From Aulosira sp. ZfuVER01 (GTDB lineage Bacteria > Cyanobacteriota > Cyanobacteriia > Cyanobacteriales > Nostocaceae), in contig JAVRCV020000041.1 in assembly GCA_034530615.2 (NCBI GenBank), positions 32,001 to 96,000 on the forward strand: 64,000 bases of DNA, written 5' to 3'. A program made the translations under genes and the position numbers. Within the stretch, counting starts at the first letter, position 1; the number at the start of each line of letters is the position of its first letter. Below, piece by piece: positions 1 to 9,519 of the stretch. The notes under the pieces were generated by a model. The model saw nothing but the letters and a program-made list of their open reading frames with translations, made no database searches and was not told the DNA's origin.

Positions 1-427
1 GGGTTTGCCAATCTGGTGAGAGGGGTGCAATTAAAAGTGCGATCGCAATTATTTGACTCACAGTTTTGAGTTTACCCCAAATATTCGCTCCGGTAATTTG
101 AGTTTGATTCACCCGCCAACCAGCGATCGCTAATTCTCGCGCTAAGATGAGAAATACTCCCCAAGCCGGCACTTTGCCTAATTCAATCAACACCATCAAC
201 GGCGCAAGTACTAAAAATTTATCTACTAAAGGGTCAAGAAACTTTCCTAAATCGCTAATTTGGTTGAGTTTCCGCGCTAAATAGCCATCTAACCAATCAG
301 TCAATGCAGCGACTAAAAAAATTGCTAAACATATCCATTTAGCTTGTGCTGAAGGGTTGTATAAACCATAAAGTAGAAATGGTATTCCTAATAAGCGCGA
401 AAAGGTAATCCAGTTAGGTAGGGTCAT
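1..427 (-). CDS. pgsA: CDP-diacylglycerol--glycerol-3-phosphate 3-phosphatidyltransferase (3' end runs off the window)
   Basis: Not in ORF track. Manual translation from ATG at 427 gives MTLPNWITFSRLLGIP...TDWLDGYLARKLNQISDLGKFLDPLVDK, the CDP-alcohol phosphotransferase motif DxxDGxxAR...GxxxDxxxD. Confidence 0.92.
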   Translation of the reverse strand, partial: MTLPNWITFSRLLGIPFLLYGLYNPSAQAKWICLAIFLVAALTDWLDGYLARKLNQISDLGKFLDPLVDKFLVLAPLMVLIELGKVPAWGVFLILARELAIAGWRVNQTQITGANIWGKLKTVSQIIAIALLIAPLSPDWQT

Positions 428-506
428 AAGCAATTGAAAATCCAAAATTACCTTTAGTGTAAATTAAATCTTGAAACCCTCACCAATAACAACTGACAAC
501 TGACAA

Positions 507-692
507 TTAAATTGTATCTGGATCGATATTTAACTCTCGCAACTTAGCAGCTAATCTTTCGGCTTTTTGTTGAGCAATTTCTTTTTGCTGACGTTCTGAT
601 TCTGCTAAATCAGCGATTTCTTCAGAGTTAAAAAGTTTGCGGTTGATAGTTGATGCTGGGCAATAAATCGTAAAACTCTTGTTTGTATCTGG
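507..692 (-). pseudogene. C-terminal remnant of a Uma2/DUF820-type protein
   Basis: Translates to ...EEIADLAESERQQKEIAQQKAERLAAKLRELNIDPDTI*, the typical coiled-coil tail of cyanobacterial Uma2 proteins. No start codon and no nuclease core. Confidence 0.65.
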
Positions 693-971
693 CTATAAAT
701 ATATCCGACGGTGCATGAAGTTGCTCAAAGACGCGGGATAATCGTTTGGTAAAGGTTCTGGGATACCAAGCTGTTTTAATGCGCTTAAAACACATGACAT
801 ATCACCTACTACTAGAGACTGACTTTCGAGTGAAAGTTGTCGCCTATGAATTCGCTTCTGGGTATAAAAAGTGATGGGAATACCACGTTCTCTCAGTTCT
901 TCAGTAACAAGTTGCTCCTCATGTCGGAGTTTTCCATTACCTTGTTCTTGAATAAAAGCCTGAGAAATCAA
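693..971 (-). pseudogene. Probable truncated N-terminus of an ATP-grasp (DUF4343/R2K-like) protein
   Basis: 92 aa with TTG start. ...LVVGD...ALKQLGIPEP..NDYP..L..F.HRRI resembles the N-terminal part of this family, but the ORF stops before any ATP-grasp core. Family from recall. Confidence 0.45.
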
Positions 972-1099
972 TGTTAACTCCTGTCAATGTCTAAAATTAT
1001 TGCCTAATAAATGATTTATCTCACAGATCTTGGATCTCCACATCTCTGCCTAGGCGTGGCATGATCTGTGTTCTGAGATTCTCTAAAATAATACTCACC

Positions 1100-2536
1100 A
1101 TGACTCAACAAATAGATTCTCAATTTCGCATAGAACGGGATTCGATGGGCGATCGCCAAATTGCAAGTAATGTTTATTACGGTATCCAAACGCAGCGGGC
1201 AATCGAAAACTTTCCTATCAGTGGGTTAAAGCCCCTCTCTACTTACGTAGATGCTTGTTTATTAATTAAAAAAGCTACCGCAATTGTCAACGGCGAACTG
1301 ATTTGCATTCCCCAAGACATTAGTCAGGCAATTGTGCAAGCATCGGAAGAGATACTTGCAGGAAAGTTGCGCGATCAATTTGTTGTTGATGTTTATCAAG
1401 CTGGTGCAGGTACTTCTCACCACATGAATGTTAACGAAGTTTTGGCGAATCGTGCTTTAGAAATTCTAGGTGATGAAAAGGGCAACTACAAACGTGTGAG
1501 TCCTAATGACCATGTTAATTATGGCCAGTCTACCAATGATGTGATTCCGACAGCAATTCGCATTGGTGGTTTATTGGCACTTGCGCATACATTACACCCA
1601 GCTTTAGATAATGCGATCGCAACCTTGGAAGCCAAAGCTACAGAATTTCAAGATATCGTCAAGTCTGGTAGAACACATTTGCAAGATGCTGTACCTGTGC
1701 GTTTGGGTGAAAATTTCCGTGCTTGGGCATACATCCTTGCAGAACATCAAAACCGCATTTACACAGCCTCTGGAGACTTGATGGTGTTGGGTTTGGGAGG
1801 TAGTGCGGCTGGTACGGGTATGAATACTCATCCTCTTTATCGAGCGCGGGTGGTGGAAGTGCTTGCCGAATTGCTAAACTTGCCTTTGCAACCTGCACCG
1901 CATTTGATGGCTGCAATGCAGAGTATGGCACCATTTGTAAATGTTTCCGGTGCTGTCCGCAATTTAGCCCAAGATTTAGTGAAAATCTCCCATGATTTAC
2001 GACTGATGGATTCAGGGCCAAAAACTGGATTCAAGGAAATTCAACTACCGCCAGTGCAACCAGGTTCTTCGATTATGCCAGGGAAGTATAATCCGGTGAT
2101 GGCAGAGATGACATCAATGGTGTGTTTTCAAGTCATGGGTTACGACAATGCGATCGCATTAGCAGCTCAAGCCGGACAATTGGAATTAAATGTGATGATG
2201 CCGCTAATTGCATATAATTTGATTCACAGTATCGAAATTTTGGGAAATACCATCGCCGCCCTCACTGAACGCTGCATTAAAGGTATTACCGCCAACCAAG
2301 AACGCTGTTTGGCATACGCTGAAGGTAGTTTAGCTTTAGTTACCGCCCTCAATCCCCACATCGGTTATCTGAATGCGGCGGCGGTAGCAAAGGAATCTCT
2401 GGAAACTGGCAAATCCTTAAGGCAGATTGTCTTAGAACGAGGGCTGATGAGTGAGGCAGAATTAGCCACAGTGTTAAATCTCGAACAAATGAGTGGTATC
2501 TTACCCCTCACCACAGAATCAGGCAAAGTGGATTAG
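1100..2536 (+). CDS. aspA: Fumarase class II / aspartate ammonia-lyase family enzyme
   Basis: RIERDSMG N-terminus, SGRTHLQDAVP and the GSSIMPGKYNP signature. Start moved to ATG 1100. aspA versus fumC cannot be resolved by eye. Confidence 0.8.
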   Translation: MTQQIDSQFRIERDSMGDRQIASNVYYGIQTQRAIENFPISGLKPLSTYVDACLLIKKATAIVNGELICIPQDISQAIVQASEEILAGKLRDQFVVDVYQAGAGTSHHMNVNEVLANRALEILGDEKGNYKRVSPNDHVNYGQSTNDVIPTAIRIGGLLALAHTLHPALDNAIATLEAKATEFQDIVKSGRTHLQDAVPVRLGENFRAWAYILAEHQNRIYTASGDLMVLGLGGSAAGTGMNTHPLYRARVVEVLAELLNLPLQPAPHLMAAMQSMAPFVNVSGAVRNLAQDLVKISHDLRLMDSGPKTGFKEIQLPPVQPGSSIMPGKYNPVMAEMTSMVCFQVMGYDNAIALAAQAGQLELNVMMPLIAYNLIHSIEILGNTIAALTERCIKGITANQERCLAYAEGSLALVTALNPHIGYLNAAAVAKESLETGKSLRQIVLERGLMSEAELATVLNLEQMSGILPLTTESGKVD

Positions 2537-2608
2537 AAAGATAATAGGAAGATATAAGAAAGAAGAACTTCTTCTTTCTGTTATCTTTACTAATCTTCTT
2601 TATTATCC

Positions 2609-3580
2609 ATGCAGACCCAAAAACCATCGGTCAGTTTAATCCGTGCTACTTCTTACGAACGCGAGACTTTACGCGAGTCTTTAGTCACGCTGCTGGAACC
2701 TTTTGGGGGAATGGCAGCTTTTGTGAAAAGTGGCGATCGCGTTTTACTCAAACCTAATCTACTCACAGGAGCGCGTCCTGGTAAAGAGTGTACCACCCGC
2801 CCCGAACTGGTTTACGAAGTTGCTCAGATGGTTATGGAAGTAGGCGGTAAGCCATTTTTAGGCGATAGTCCCGCTTTTGGCAGTGCGAAGGGTGTGGCTG
2901 TAGCCAATGGTTATGCACCGATTTTAGAAGAACTCAAACTACCAATTGTGGATTTTCACGGACAGCGTTACGAAACTGTCAGTGAGAATTTTAACCATCT
3001 GTTGTTATCAAAAGAAGCAATGGCGGCGGATGTGGTGATTAACCTACCGAAAGTCAAATCCCATGCCCAACTAACATTAACTTTAGGAGTCAAAAATCTT
3101 TTTGGTTGCGTTCCAGGCAAGATGAAAGCCTGGTGGCACATGGAAGCTGGCAAAGACGCTAACCGCTTTGGCGAAATGCTAGTAGAAACTGCCAAGGCTA
3201 TTAACCCCAACTTAACCATTTTAGATGGCATCATCGGTCATGATGGCAATGGTCCTAGTAATGGAGAACCTCGTGCCTTGGGTATTTTAGCAGCAGCATC
3301 AAATGTATTTGCCCTAGATCGGGCAATGGTAGAAATTCTCAACGTCTCACCCCAGCAAGTACCCACTGTCGCAGCTTCCCAAAGATTAGGAGTATGTCCA
3401 GAATTAGCTGATATTGATTTTCCTCACTTAGAACCTGACTTACTAAAATTAGAAGATTGGCGATTACCAGACAAGTTAATTCCCATCGATTTTGCAATGC
3501 CGCGTGTGATTAAATCCACGTTTAAACACCTTTATATTCGGTTTATTAAAGAACCGATGACTGCTTATGGTAGACGTTAG
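2609..3580 (+). CDS. DUF362 domain protein
   Basis: GDRVLLKPN, INLPKVKSH, TLGVKNLFG, DGIIG..GNGP motifs. Confidence 0.8.
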   Translation: MQTQKPSVSLIRATSYERETLRESLVTLLEPFGGMAAFVKSGDRVLLKPNLLTGARPGKECTTRPELVYEVAQMVMEVGGKPFLGDSPAFGSAKGVAVANGYAPILEELKLPIVDFHGQRYETVSENFNHLLLSKEAMAADVVINLPKVKSHAQLTLTLGVKNLFGCVPGKMKAWWHMEAGKDANRFGEMLVETAKAINPNLTILDGIIGHDGNGPSNGEPRALGILAAASNVFALDRAMVEILNVSPQQVPTVAASQRLGVCPELADIDFPHLEPDLLKLEDWRLPDKLIPIDFAMPRVIKSTFKHLYIRFIKEPMTAYGRR

Positions 3581-4457
3581 TTAAACAAGTGCAAACTTGG
3601 CTACAAAAATGTCCACTCTGAGCAGAGTAAGCTATAACTACCCTCCGATTGCTTAACCAGACCGCCCTAGTTTAGCGGCGGTTTTCTCATTGATTAATTT
3701 GTTATAAAATTATTAATCAAACTCTACATTATTACTAGACATTGTTTTTGCAAGATTTGGTGGATTTATTGAGACTTATAGTATCTTAATGTTCGACAAA
3801 TCTACCTATATATAGATTGACAAAATAGTAAATATTACTAATATTTAGTAATTGAATTTATGCCATATTCTGAGTACAAAAAACTTAATTAATACTATCA
3901 TTCCAGATATATATCTCTGTATTTGTCTGGTTCAGATTCATGGTTAAAAAAATCAAGCTTAACAGTTAGCAAGAAGGCTCATAGATTTTTAAGTGTAACT
4001 ACTGTTGAAGTGTTAGGAAATCTGATGGATAATCGGTGGTTTTGCGGGATTGATTTCAAGTAGCACAAATTAGGCAATTATCCCTAAAACTACCTTAGAC
4101 AAAGAATTTGAAGATGTTATACTGATGCAGGAAATGTCAAATATCTGAATAAATTCAATCTGCACTCAGGAGTAAAAATGTAATTTATAATGCTGGGATG
4201 CAAGCTATGAATACCCCAAAAAATCTACTGTAGATACAGTGATATTTAATATCGACCACTACGTTAAAGCAAAAAATGTTCGTAGTAAACTTTGTGTCAA
4301 CTTTCTTAGGTATCAAATAGATATTATGACAGTTAGAGAACTGGTTAAGATTCTGTATGAATTCAGAGTTTCCAGCTAAAAATTAGTTAAAATAGCATCA
4401 TGGCTCTCTCGAAGAGAGTAAAACTCAAAGTGATTTGGTGAATTTCAAATTTTTTGT

Positions 4458-4643
4458 ATGAATTCAAATAGCCAGTCTGCCAATAACGATACATATTCCC
4501 ATAGGTTGGCAGACATTGTGGGAACTGCGATCGCTCTGTTAACTCTGACATTACCTGTATTTGTCATTGCTCACTATTCTTCAGCGAATGTGACCCATAA
4601 CCAGCAACCACTAACTTATAATTTGCCTAGAAGTGAAGATTAG
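4458..4643 (+). CDS. Small single-TM hypothetical protein (61 aa)
   Basis: ATG-started ORF with one hydrophobic helix IVGTAIALLTLTLPVFVIAHY, isolated in a long intergenic region. Confidence 0.6.
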   Translation: MNSNSQSANNDTYSHRLADIVGTAIALLTLTLPVFVIAHYSSANVTHNQQPLTYNLPRSED

Positions 4644-4862
4644 GCAGTCTCATCAAGCAACTTTGGTTGAGAAGCGAGCATCTGAAAAATAATCAACCCT
4701 AAACCAGAGGAGATAATTCAGCACAAAAGAGAATTGATCCAATTCTCTTTTGATTGTGGTAGGGCATAACTTGGATGCTTATTAAGGGGTTGGTTAAACT
4801 CCTACTCTCTAAACACCCAGGAATCCCTCTTGCTGCTTGCAATGGGAAATATTAATACTGAC

Positions 4863-4900
4863 AAAGGTGCGGCGATTCTTCCTAGATAGCCGCCTTTTTT
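4863..4900 (+). terminator. Intrinsic terminator-like hairpin, possibly bidirectional
   Basis: AAAGGtGCGGC...GCCGCCTTTTTT stem followed by a T-run. Confidence 0.5.
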
Positions 4901-5002
4901 GTTGAATACCTTGGGAAGAAGTCCATCTTGGCCCTAAAATTCTACACGGGGAGCCTAACTAATTGCCCCCAAAATCTACTGTGTTATTAGAGGAGCTTTT
5001 CT

Positions 5003-5515
5003 GTGGACTTATCCCGTATACCACCCCAACCAAAACCGGGTTTAATCAACGTTCTGATTGAAATTCCAGGCGGGAGCAAAAATAAGTACGAATTTGACAA
5101 AGATCTACAGGCATTTGCCCTAGATCGAGTACTGTATTCTTCGGTACAATATCCTTACGACTATGGCTTTGTACCCAATACATTAGCTGATGATGGCGAT
5201 CCTTTAGATGGTATGGTCATCATTGATGAACCAACCTTTCCTGGCTGTATAATTGCGGCAAGACCGATTGGCTTGTTAGAGATGATTGATGGTGGCGATC
5301 GCGATGAAAAAATTCTTTGCGTTCCTGACAAAGACCCGCGTTATGCCCAAATACAATCCTTAAAAGATTTACCATCACACCGCTTGGATGAAATTGCTGA
5401 ATTTTTCCGTACTTATAAAAATCTGGAAAAAAAGGTAACTGAAATTCTCGGTTGGCAAGATGCCGATCGAGTAAAAGCATTGGTAGAAAAGTCCATCAAA
5501 GCTGCTCAAGCCTAA
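5003..5515 (+). CDS. ppa: Inorganic pyrophosphatase (family I)
   Basis: GSKNKYE, YPYDYGF, DDGDPLD motifs. Confidence 0.95.
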   Translation: MDLSRIPPQPKPGLINVLIEIPGGSKNKYEFDKDLQAFALDRVLYSSVQYPYDYGFVPNTLADDGDPLDGMVIIDEPTFPGCIIAARPIGLLEMIDGGDRDEKILCVPDKDPRYAQIQSLKDLPSHRLDEIAEFFRTYKNLEKKVTEILGWQDADRVKALVEKSIKAAQA

Positions 5516-5738
5516 TCGGTTATGGTAATGGGTAAGGTCTGAGTTTTCAATAATTCAGAAATTAATTTTTGTATTATTGACTATTGACTAAATACCCATT
5601 ACCAATTTGGTATGATCATCAATTCATGATTTCATGGAAACTAGCTCAAAACCTAGTTACCATAGTCAACAATGAAATAAAATCAAAAACTTTTGCTGTT
5701 TGCGGCTCGCAAAAATTGCTAGATAAATCCTAAATCAA

Positions 5739-6122
5739 ATGCAGCGAACTCTCCTGTCAGCCAAAATTCACAACTGTACCCTTACAGGGGCAAATGTCAA
5801 CTATGTGGGTAGTATCAGTATAGATGAAATTCTGTTGCAAAAAGCTGGTATTTTACCCTACGAACAGGTACAAGTAGTGAATAAAGCTAATGGCGAGCGC
5901 TTTATTACTTATGCAATACCTGCTCCAGCCTACTCAGGAATAATTGAATTAAATGGGGCTGCCGCACGTCTAGGCATTATAGGCGATCGCCTGATTATAA
6001 TGGCCTACGGGCAGTTTACGCCGGAGGAGTTACAAAATTACTCGCCTACGGTCGTCATTGTAGACGAAAAAAACCAACTGTTGGAAGTACGGCACTACGA
6101 TGACCTGCTCAGTAAGGTCTAA
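5739..6122 (+). CDS. panD: Aspartate 1-decarboxylase
   Basis: KIH...YVGSISID (Gly-Ser autocleavage site), [15 protein letters not shown]. Confidence 0.95.
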   Translation: MQRTLLSAKIHNCTLTGANVNYVGSISIDEILLQKAGILPYEQVQVVNKANGERFITYAIPAPAYSGIIELNGAAARLGIIGDRLIIMAYGQFTPEELQNYSPTVVIVDEKNQLLEVRHYDDLLSKV

Positions 6123-6134
6123 AATTCGAGGAAA

Positions 6135-7037
6135 ATGTCAAATTTTGAGCTGTCGGGTTCCCAGAGCTATGTAACTGAGAAGCAAACTACCCCACTCAGT
6201 AGTCAAGCTACAGGATTTTTAGTGCAATTCTGGGGTGTTAGAGGTTTGATTGCTACCCCAGCCAGTAACACCAACCGCTACGGTGGGAATACTGCTTGTG
6301 TAGAAATGCGTGTAGCCGGAAAAGAATTGATTTTTGATGGAGGTACGGGCTTACGAGTACTGGGTAAAACTTGGCAGCAGCGACAAGAGCCAATAGAAGC
6401 ATATTTATTTTTCACTAACTCCCAATCAAATCGCATTCAGGGATTTCCTTTTTTTGCCCCTGCATTTATCCCCGAAAATAGCTTCCACATCTACGGCACA
6501 GCAGCCTCAAATAGCGCTTCAATTAAGCAGTGTCTGTATGACCAAATGCTTCAGCCACACTTTCCCTATCCTTTACAGGTGATGCAATCACAATTGCATT
6601 TCCACAATTTGAACTCAGGTAGCGAGGTCAAGCTAGATGATGTCACGATTAACACAGCATTGATCAATAAACATCAGCGATCGCTTGGCTACCGCGTCAC
6701 GTGGCAGAATTTTAGCGTTGCCTACATTACAGATTTGCCTAAGAGTCCCGATAAAGTAGAGCAGGAAAGGATTTTACAGCTAATTGAAGGGGTCGATTTC
6801 TTGATTGCTAACGGTACTTATAATCCCCCTACAGCTCACAATCACGATCTAGCTGATTTGCAATGGCAAACTGCTGTGGATTTAGCCAATCATGGTGGCG
6901 TTAAAAGCTTAGTCATCTCTCATTATCATCCAGATGACGACGATGATTTTCTCGATCGGGTTCAATCAGAAGTTAAGTCTGTATTTCCCAAAGCACTCTT
7001 AGCCTCTGAAGGCATGATTTTATCTGTGGCTAAGTAG
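6135..7037 (+). CDS. MBL-fold (RNase Z/phosphodiesterase-like) protein with degenerate metal site
   Basis: FWGVRG, YGGNTACVE, FDGGTG and IQGFPFF are present, but HxHxDH is replaced by TNSQSNR. Confidence 0.8.
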   Translation: MSNFELSGSQSYVTEKQTTPLSSQATGFLVQFWGVRGLIATPASNTNRYGGNTACVEMRVAGKELIFDGGTGLRVLGKTWQQRQEPIEAYLFFTNSQSNRIQGFPFFAPAFIPENSFHIYGTAASNSASIKQCLYDQMLQPHFPYPLQVMQSQLHFHNLNSGSEVKLDDVTINTALINKHQRSLGYRVTWQNFSVAYITDLPKSPDKVEQERILQLIEGVDFLIANGTYNPPTAHNHDLADLQWQTAVDLANHGGVKSLVISHYHPDDDDDFLDRVQSEVKSVFPKALLASEGMILSVAK

Positions 7038-7040
7038 GGC

Positions 7041-7114
7041 GATGAGGAAGACAAGGGGGACAAGGAAGACAAGGAGGACAAAGAGGATAATTAATAACTC
7101 TTGACTCTTGACTC
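7041..7114. repeat. Short tandem repeats (9-mer GACAAGGRR plus heptamer TGACTCT) between convergent genes
   Basis: GAAGACAAG GGGGACAAG GAAGACAAG GAGGACAAA ... ACTCTTG ACTCTTG read directly. Confidence 0.75.
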
Positions 7115-7115
7115 A

Positions 7116-8186
7116 TTAAACTGGCTGAAATGCTGTTGTTGCTATTGAATTTACTACCTGGCTGAGTTGACGAAGTTTCTCAGCGACAACTCCATTTATT
7201 AATAATTCTTCCGCTTTCGCTATACCCGATCGCATATCTGAACAAACGCCACTTTGCCAGAGGTAAAATCCGCCATTCCACAAGGCTGTTTGCGTTAATT
7301 CTATGGGATTACCAGCTAAAACCGCTTGCATTTCGGTAAGTAATTCTTCTGTTGTGCCCAGAGGGACATTTTTAGTAGTGAAATCGTAATCACGGGGCGC
7401 GAGGTGCAGGCGTTCTAGGTGTCCTGAGTGTGTTGATAAGCCGATAATTGCTGTGCGATCGCGTGGGAGATCGCAACTACCTTCCAATCCCTTAACCAAT
7501 GTATACTTTGTGATATTTTGCAAAGCCAAGGTTAATTGAAACAGAGTTTCTGTAGGTGGATGGACAAATCCCGGAATTATATGTACATCCCCAGCGTAAG
7601 GGCACCAAATTAGCTCCATTGTTGCCAAGGGTGGACGTTTGCCTAGTTGATCGCGGTACTCCCAAATACTATTAATTAAGGGAAAATGCTGAGGAGTATA
7701 AACAAAGCCGATTCCTGTTTGCTCAAATACTTGCTGAGTTTTGGCCAGTGACAAGTTTGTCCAATCGACCCCTAACCCCTGCCAAATTTCTACCAAGGGT
7801 AAACCGTACTTTGTCGGTAAGCGATCGCCGCCATGCATCACTACTGGTTGGCCTACAGCAGCTAATAGTAAAGCTGTAATCGGGCTAATTGGTGCGGTGC
7901 GCGTTCTGCCATCATAAGGGATACCAAAGACTATTACTGGTTGCCCCGCCGCGATCGGTTGGAGTTTTGGCCCTAATTCATTGTAGGCATCTAACATTCC
8001 CGCCAACTCATCTGGTGTAGGGCGCTTGATGCGGTGGGCAATCAGAAATGCCCCAATTTGGGCAGGAGTTGCTTCACCTAGCAACATCATTTTTGTGGCT
8101 GTTGCGGCTTCAGCACGAGTTAGATTTTCTCCTGTGTGATTTCCACTCCCTACCTTTTGCAGTAATGGCCTAAATACATTGCTCAT
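7116..8186 (-). CDS. cnaT: Anthranilate phosphoribosyltransferase-like (YbiB/CnaT) protein needed for nir operon expression
   Basis: TrpD-like N-terminus AQIGAFLIAHRIK, YDGRTR. Lies directly downstream of ntcB as in Anabaena nir clusters. Start moved to ATG 8186. Confidence 0.8.
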   Translation of the reverse strand: MSNVFRPLLQKVGSGNHTGENLTRAEAATATKMMLLGEATPAQIGAFLIAHRIKRPTPDELAGMLDAYNELGPKLQPIAAGQPVIVFGIPYDGRTRTAPISPITALLLAAVGQPVVMHGGDRLPTKYGLPLVEIWQGLGVDWTNLSLAKTQQVFEQTGIGFVYTPQHFPLINSIWEYRDQLGKRPPLATMELIWCPYAGDVHIIPGFVHPPTETLFQLTLALQNITKYTLVKGLEGSCDLPRDRTAIIGLSTHSGHLERLHLAPRDYDFTTKNVPLGTTEELLTEMQAVLAGNPIELTQTALWNGGFYLWQSGVCSDMRSGIAKAEELLINGVVAEKLRQLSQVVNSIATTAFQPV

Positions 8187-8190
8187 AGCA

Positions 8191-8300
8191 GTCAATGGTC
8201 AATGGTCGATAGTCAATAGTCAATGGTCAATGGTCAATAGTCAATAGTTATTGGACTTTTGACTTTGGACTCTTGACTATGGACTTTAAGACTTTTGACT
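8191..8300. repeat. STRR heptamer array (GTCAATR x8) followed by oppositely oriented GACTYTT-like units
   Basis: gtcaatg gtcaatg gtcgata gtcaata gtcaatg gtcaatg gtcaata gtcaata, then gactttt/gactctt/gactatg units. Fills the ntcB-cnaT spacer. Confidence 0.85.
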
Positions 8301-8310
8301 CATCATAGCT

Positions 8311-9258
8311 TCAAGAAGCCGATCGCTGCTGATTAATTTGCGGTGGGATATTATCTCGCACCAGTTGCCAAAAATGCTTAATTGGTGGAATTTGCAGACG
8401 ATCGCCAGTTGTGACCATGACTACCCGACGTGTCAAACTAGAAGTGTCAGGCAAAGTAGCATTACTATTACTAGCTAAGGGGCGTACTGCCAAAGTTGGG
8501 TCTAGCTGGGCTTCCATTAAGGCAGAATGAGGTAGCAACGCAATCAGTTCTCCTTGACGCACCACTCCTCGGAAAGCATCTAAAGTGTTGACCTCTAAAG
8601 CAGCTTGCAATGTTGCTTCCAGTCGCTCAAATCGATCTTGGATTAAGCGTTGCATCCCATAACCATCTTTAAACACCACCTGAGGATAGCGAATTAGCTC
8701 AGACCAAGGGATACATTCATATTGGGCGAGTGGATGCTTGGCAGATGTGAGAACTTCTATTGGTTCTTCATAGAGTACTTCTACTATCATTTCTCGGCCA
8801 GTAGTGAGAAAGCGATTATTCATCACAATTGCCAGATCCACCAATCCATCTTTGAGGACTTTTAAAGCGCGATCGCTACCCAAGGAAGTTACTCGCAATT
8901 GTACTTCTGGGTAATCGCGACAAAATTGTTGCAACACTGGTGGTAGGTATGAGGCACACAGCGAATGAATGGCTGCAACGCACAATTCTGGCTGCTTCCC
9001 GGCGATTAAATCTGTTAATTCCTCTGTGGCTGTTTGCCACTCTTGACAGATTTTCCGCACGCGAGGAAGCAACCTCTCACCCCCTAGTGTCAGCTTGGCG
9101 TGAGTGGTTCTATGAAACAGTTCTATCCCCAAATCTGCTTCCAATGCCTGGATTTGACGGCTAATGGTAGATTGAGTAACCCCACATTTTCTTGCTGCTT
9201 GTTGAAAGCTGCCGGTGTCCGCGATCGCTAAAAAAGCTTGCAACTGCTCTAGTCGCAT
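8311..9258 (-). CDS. ntcB: LysR-family nitrate assimilation activator
   Basis: LysR HTH (GSFQQAARKCGVTQSTISRQIQALE) plus substrate-binding domain, nir-cluster context and an NtcA-type promoter. Confidence 0.9.
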   Translation of the reverse strand: MRLEQLQAFLAIADTGSFQQAARKCGVTQSTISRQIQALEADLGIELFHRTTHAKLTLGGERLLPRVRKICQEWQTATEELTDLIAGKQPELCVAAIHSLCASYLPPVLQQFCRDYPEVQLRVTSLGSDRALKVLKDGLVDLAIVMNNRFLTTGREMIVEVLYEEPIEVLTSAKHPLAQYECIPWSELIRYPQVVFKDGYGMQRLIQDRFERLEATLQAALEVNTLDAFRGVVRQGELIALLPHSALMEAQLDPTLAVRPLASNSNATLPDTSSLTRRVVMVTTGDRLQIPPIKHFWQLVRDNIPPQINQQRSAS

Positions 9259-9264
9259 TTTTTT

Positions 9265-9278
9265 GTAGCCTGAATTAC
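9265..9278. promoter_or_regulatory. Second NtcA consensus site in the ntcB leader
   Basis: tGTAgcctgaatTACa = GTA-N8-TAC, 6 nt upstream of the ntcB ATG. Confidence 0.6.
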
Positions 9279-9294
9279 ATTTATGGCTTTCATT

Positions 9295-9336
9295 AAGTTA
9301 ACGGATTTCTGAACTCAATTTGGTACAGTTTGTTAC
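9295..9336 (-). promoter_or_regulatory. Class II NtcA-activated promoter of ntcB
   Basis: GTA-N8-TAC at 9323-9336, exactly 22 nt of spacer, then TAACTT (TAN3T) at 9300-9295 on the minus strand. Confidence 0.85.
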
Positions 9337-9519
9337 AAGTGGTTGGTTATGCAATATTTTAATTTACATTTTTTTGGATTCGCTTTTTACAGCTTTGCTC
9401 ATCAATATTCATTCTTATGCTTGATTTTTCCCCAAATCTCCGCCGCAAAAATCTGGAATTTTTTTTGCTGTATCTAATTGAAGAAGGGATGAGGCGGAGA
9501 AATAACTAACAAGTCTTGA

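Noticed and set aside
3661..3685. ACCGCC..GGCGGT hairpin as a possible IS200/IS605 end
   Set aside because: No transposase or second end; more simply the terminator of the DUF362 gene.
4223..4235. ATCTACTGTAGAT resembles the stem of a Cas12a-type CRISPR repeat
   Set aside because: Single copy, no repeat-spacer periodicity, no cas genes in the window.
8191..8300. Tandem repeats as a possible CRISPR array
   Set aside because: 7-nt units without unique spacers; ordinary STRR.
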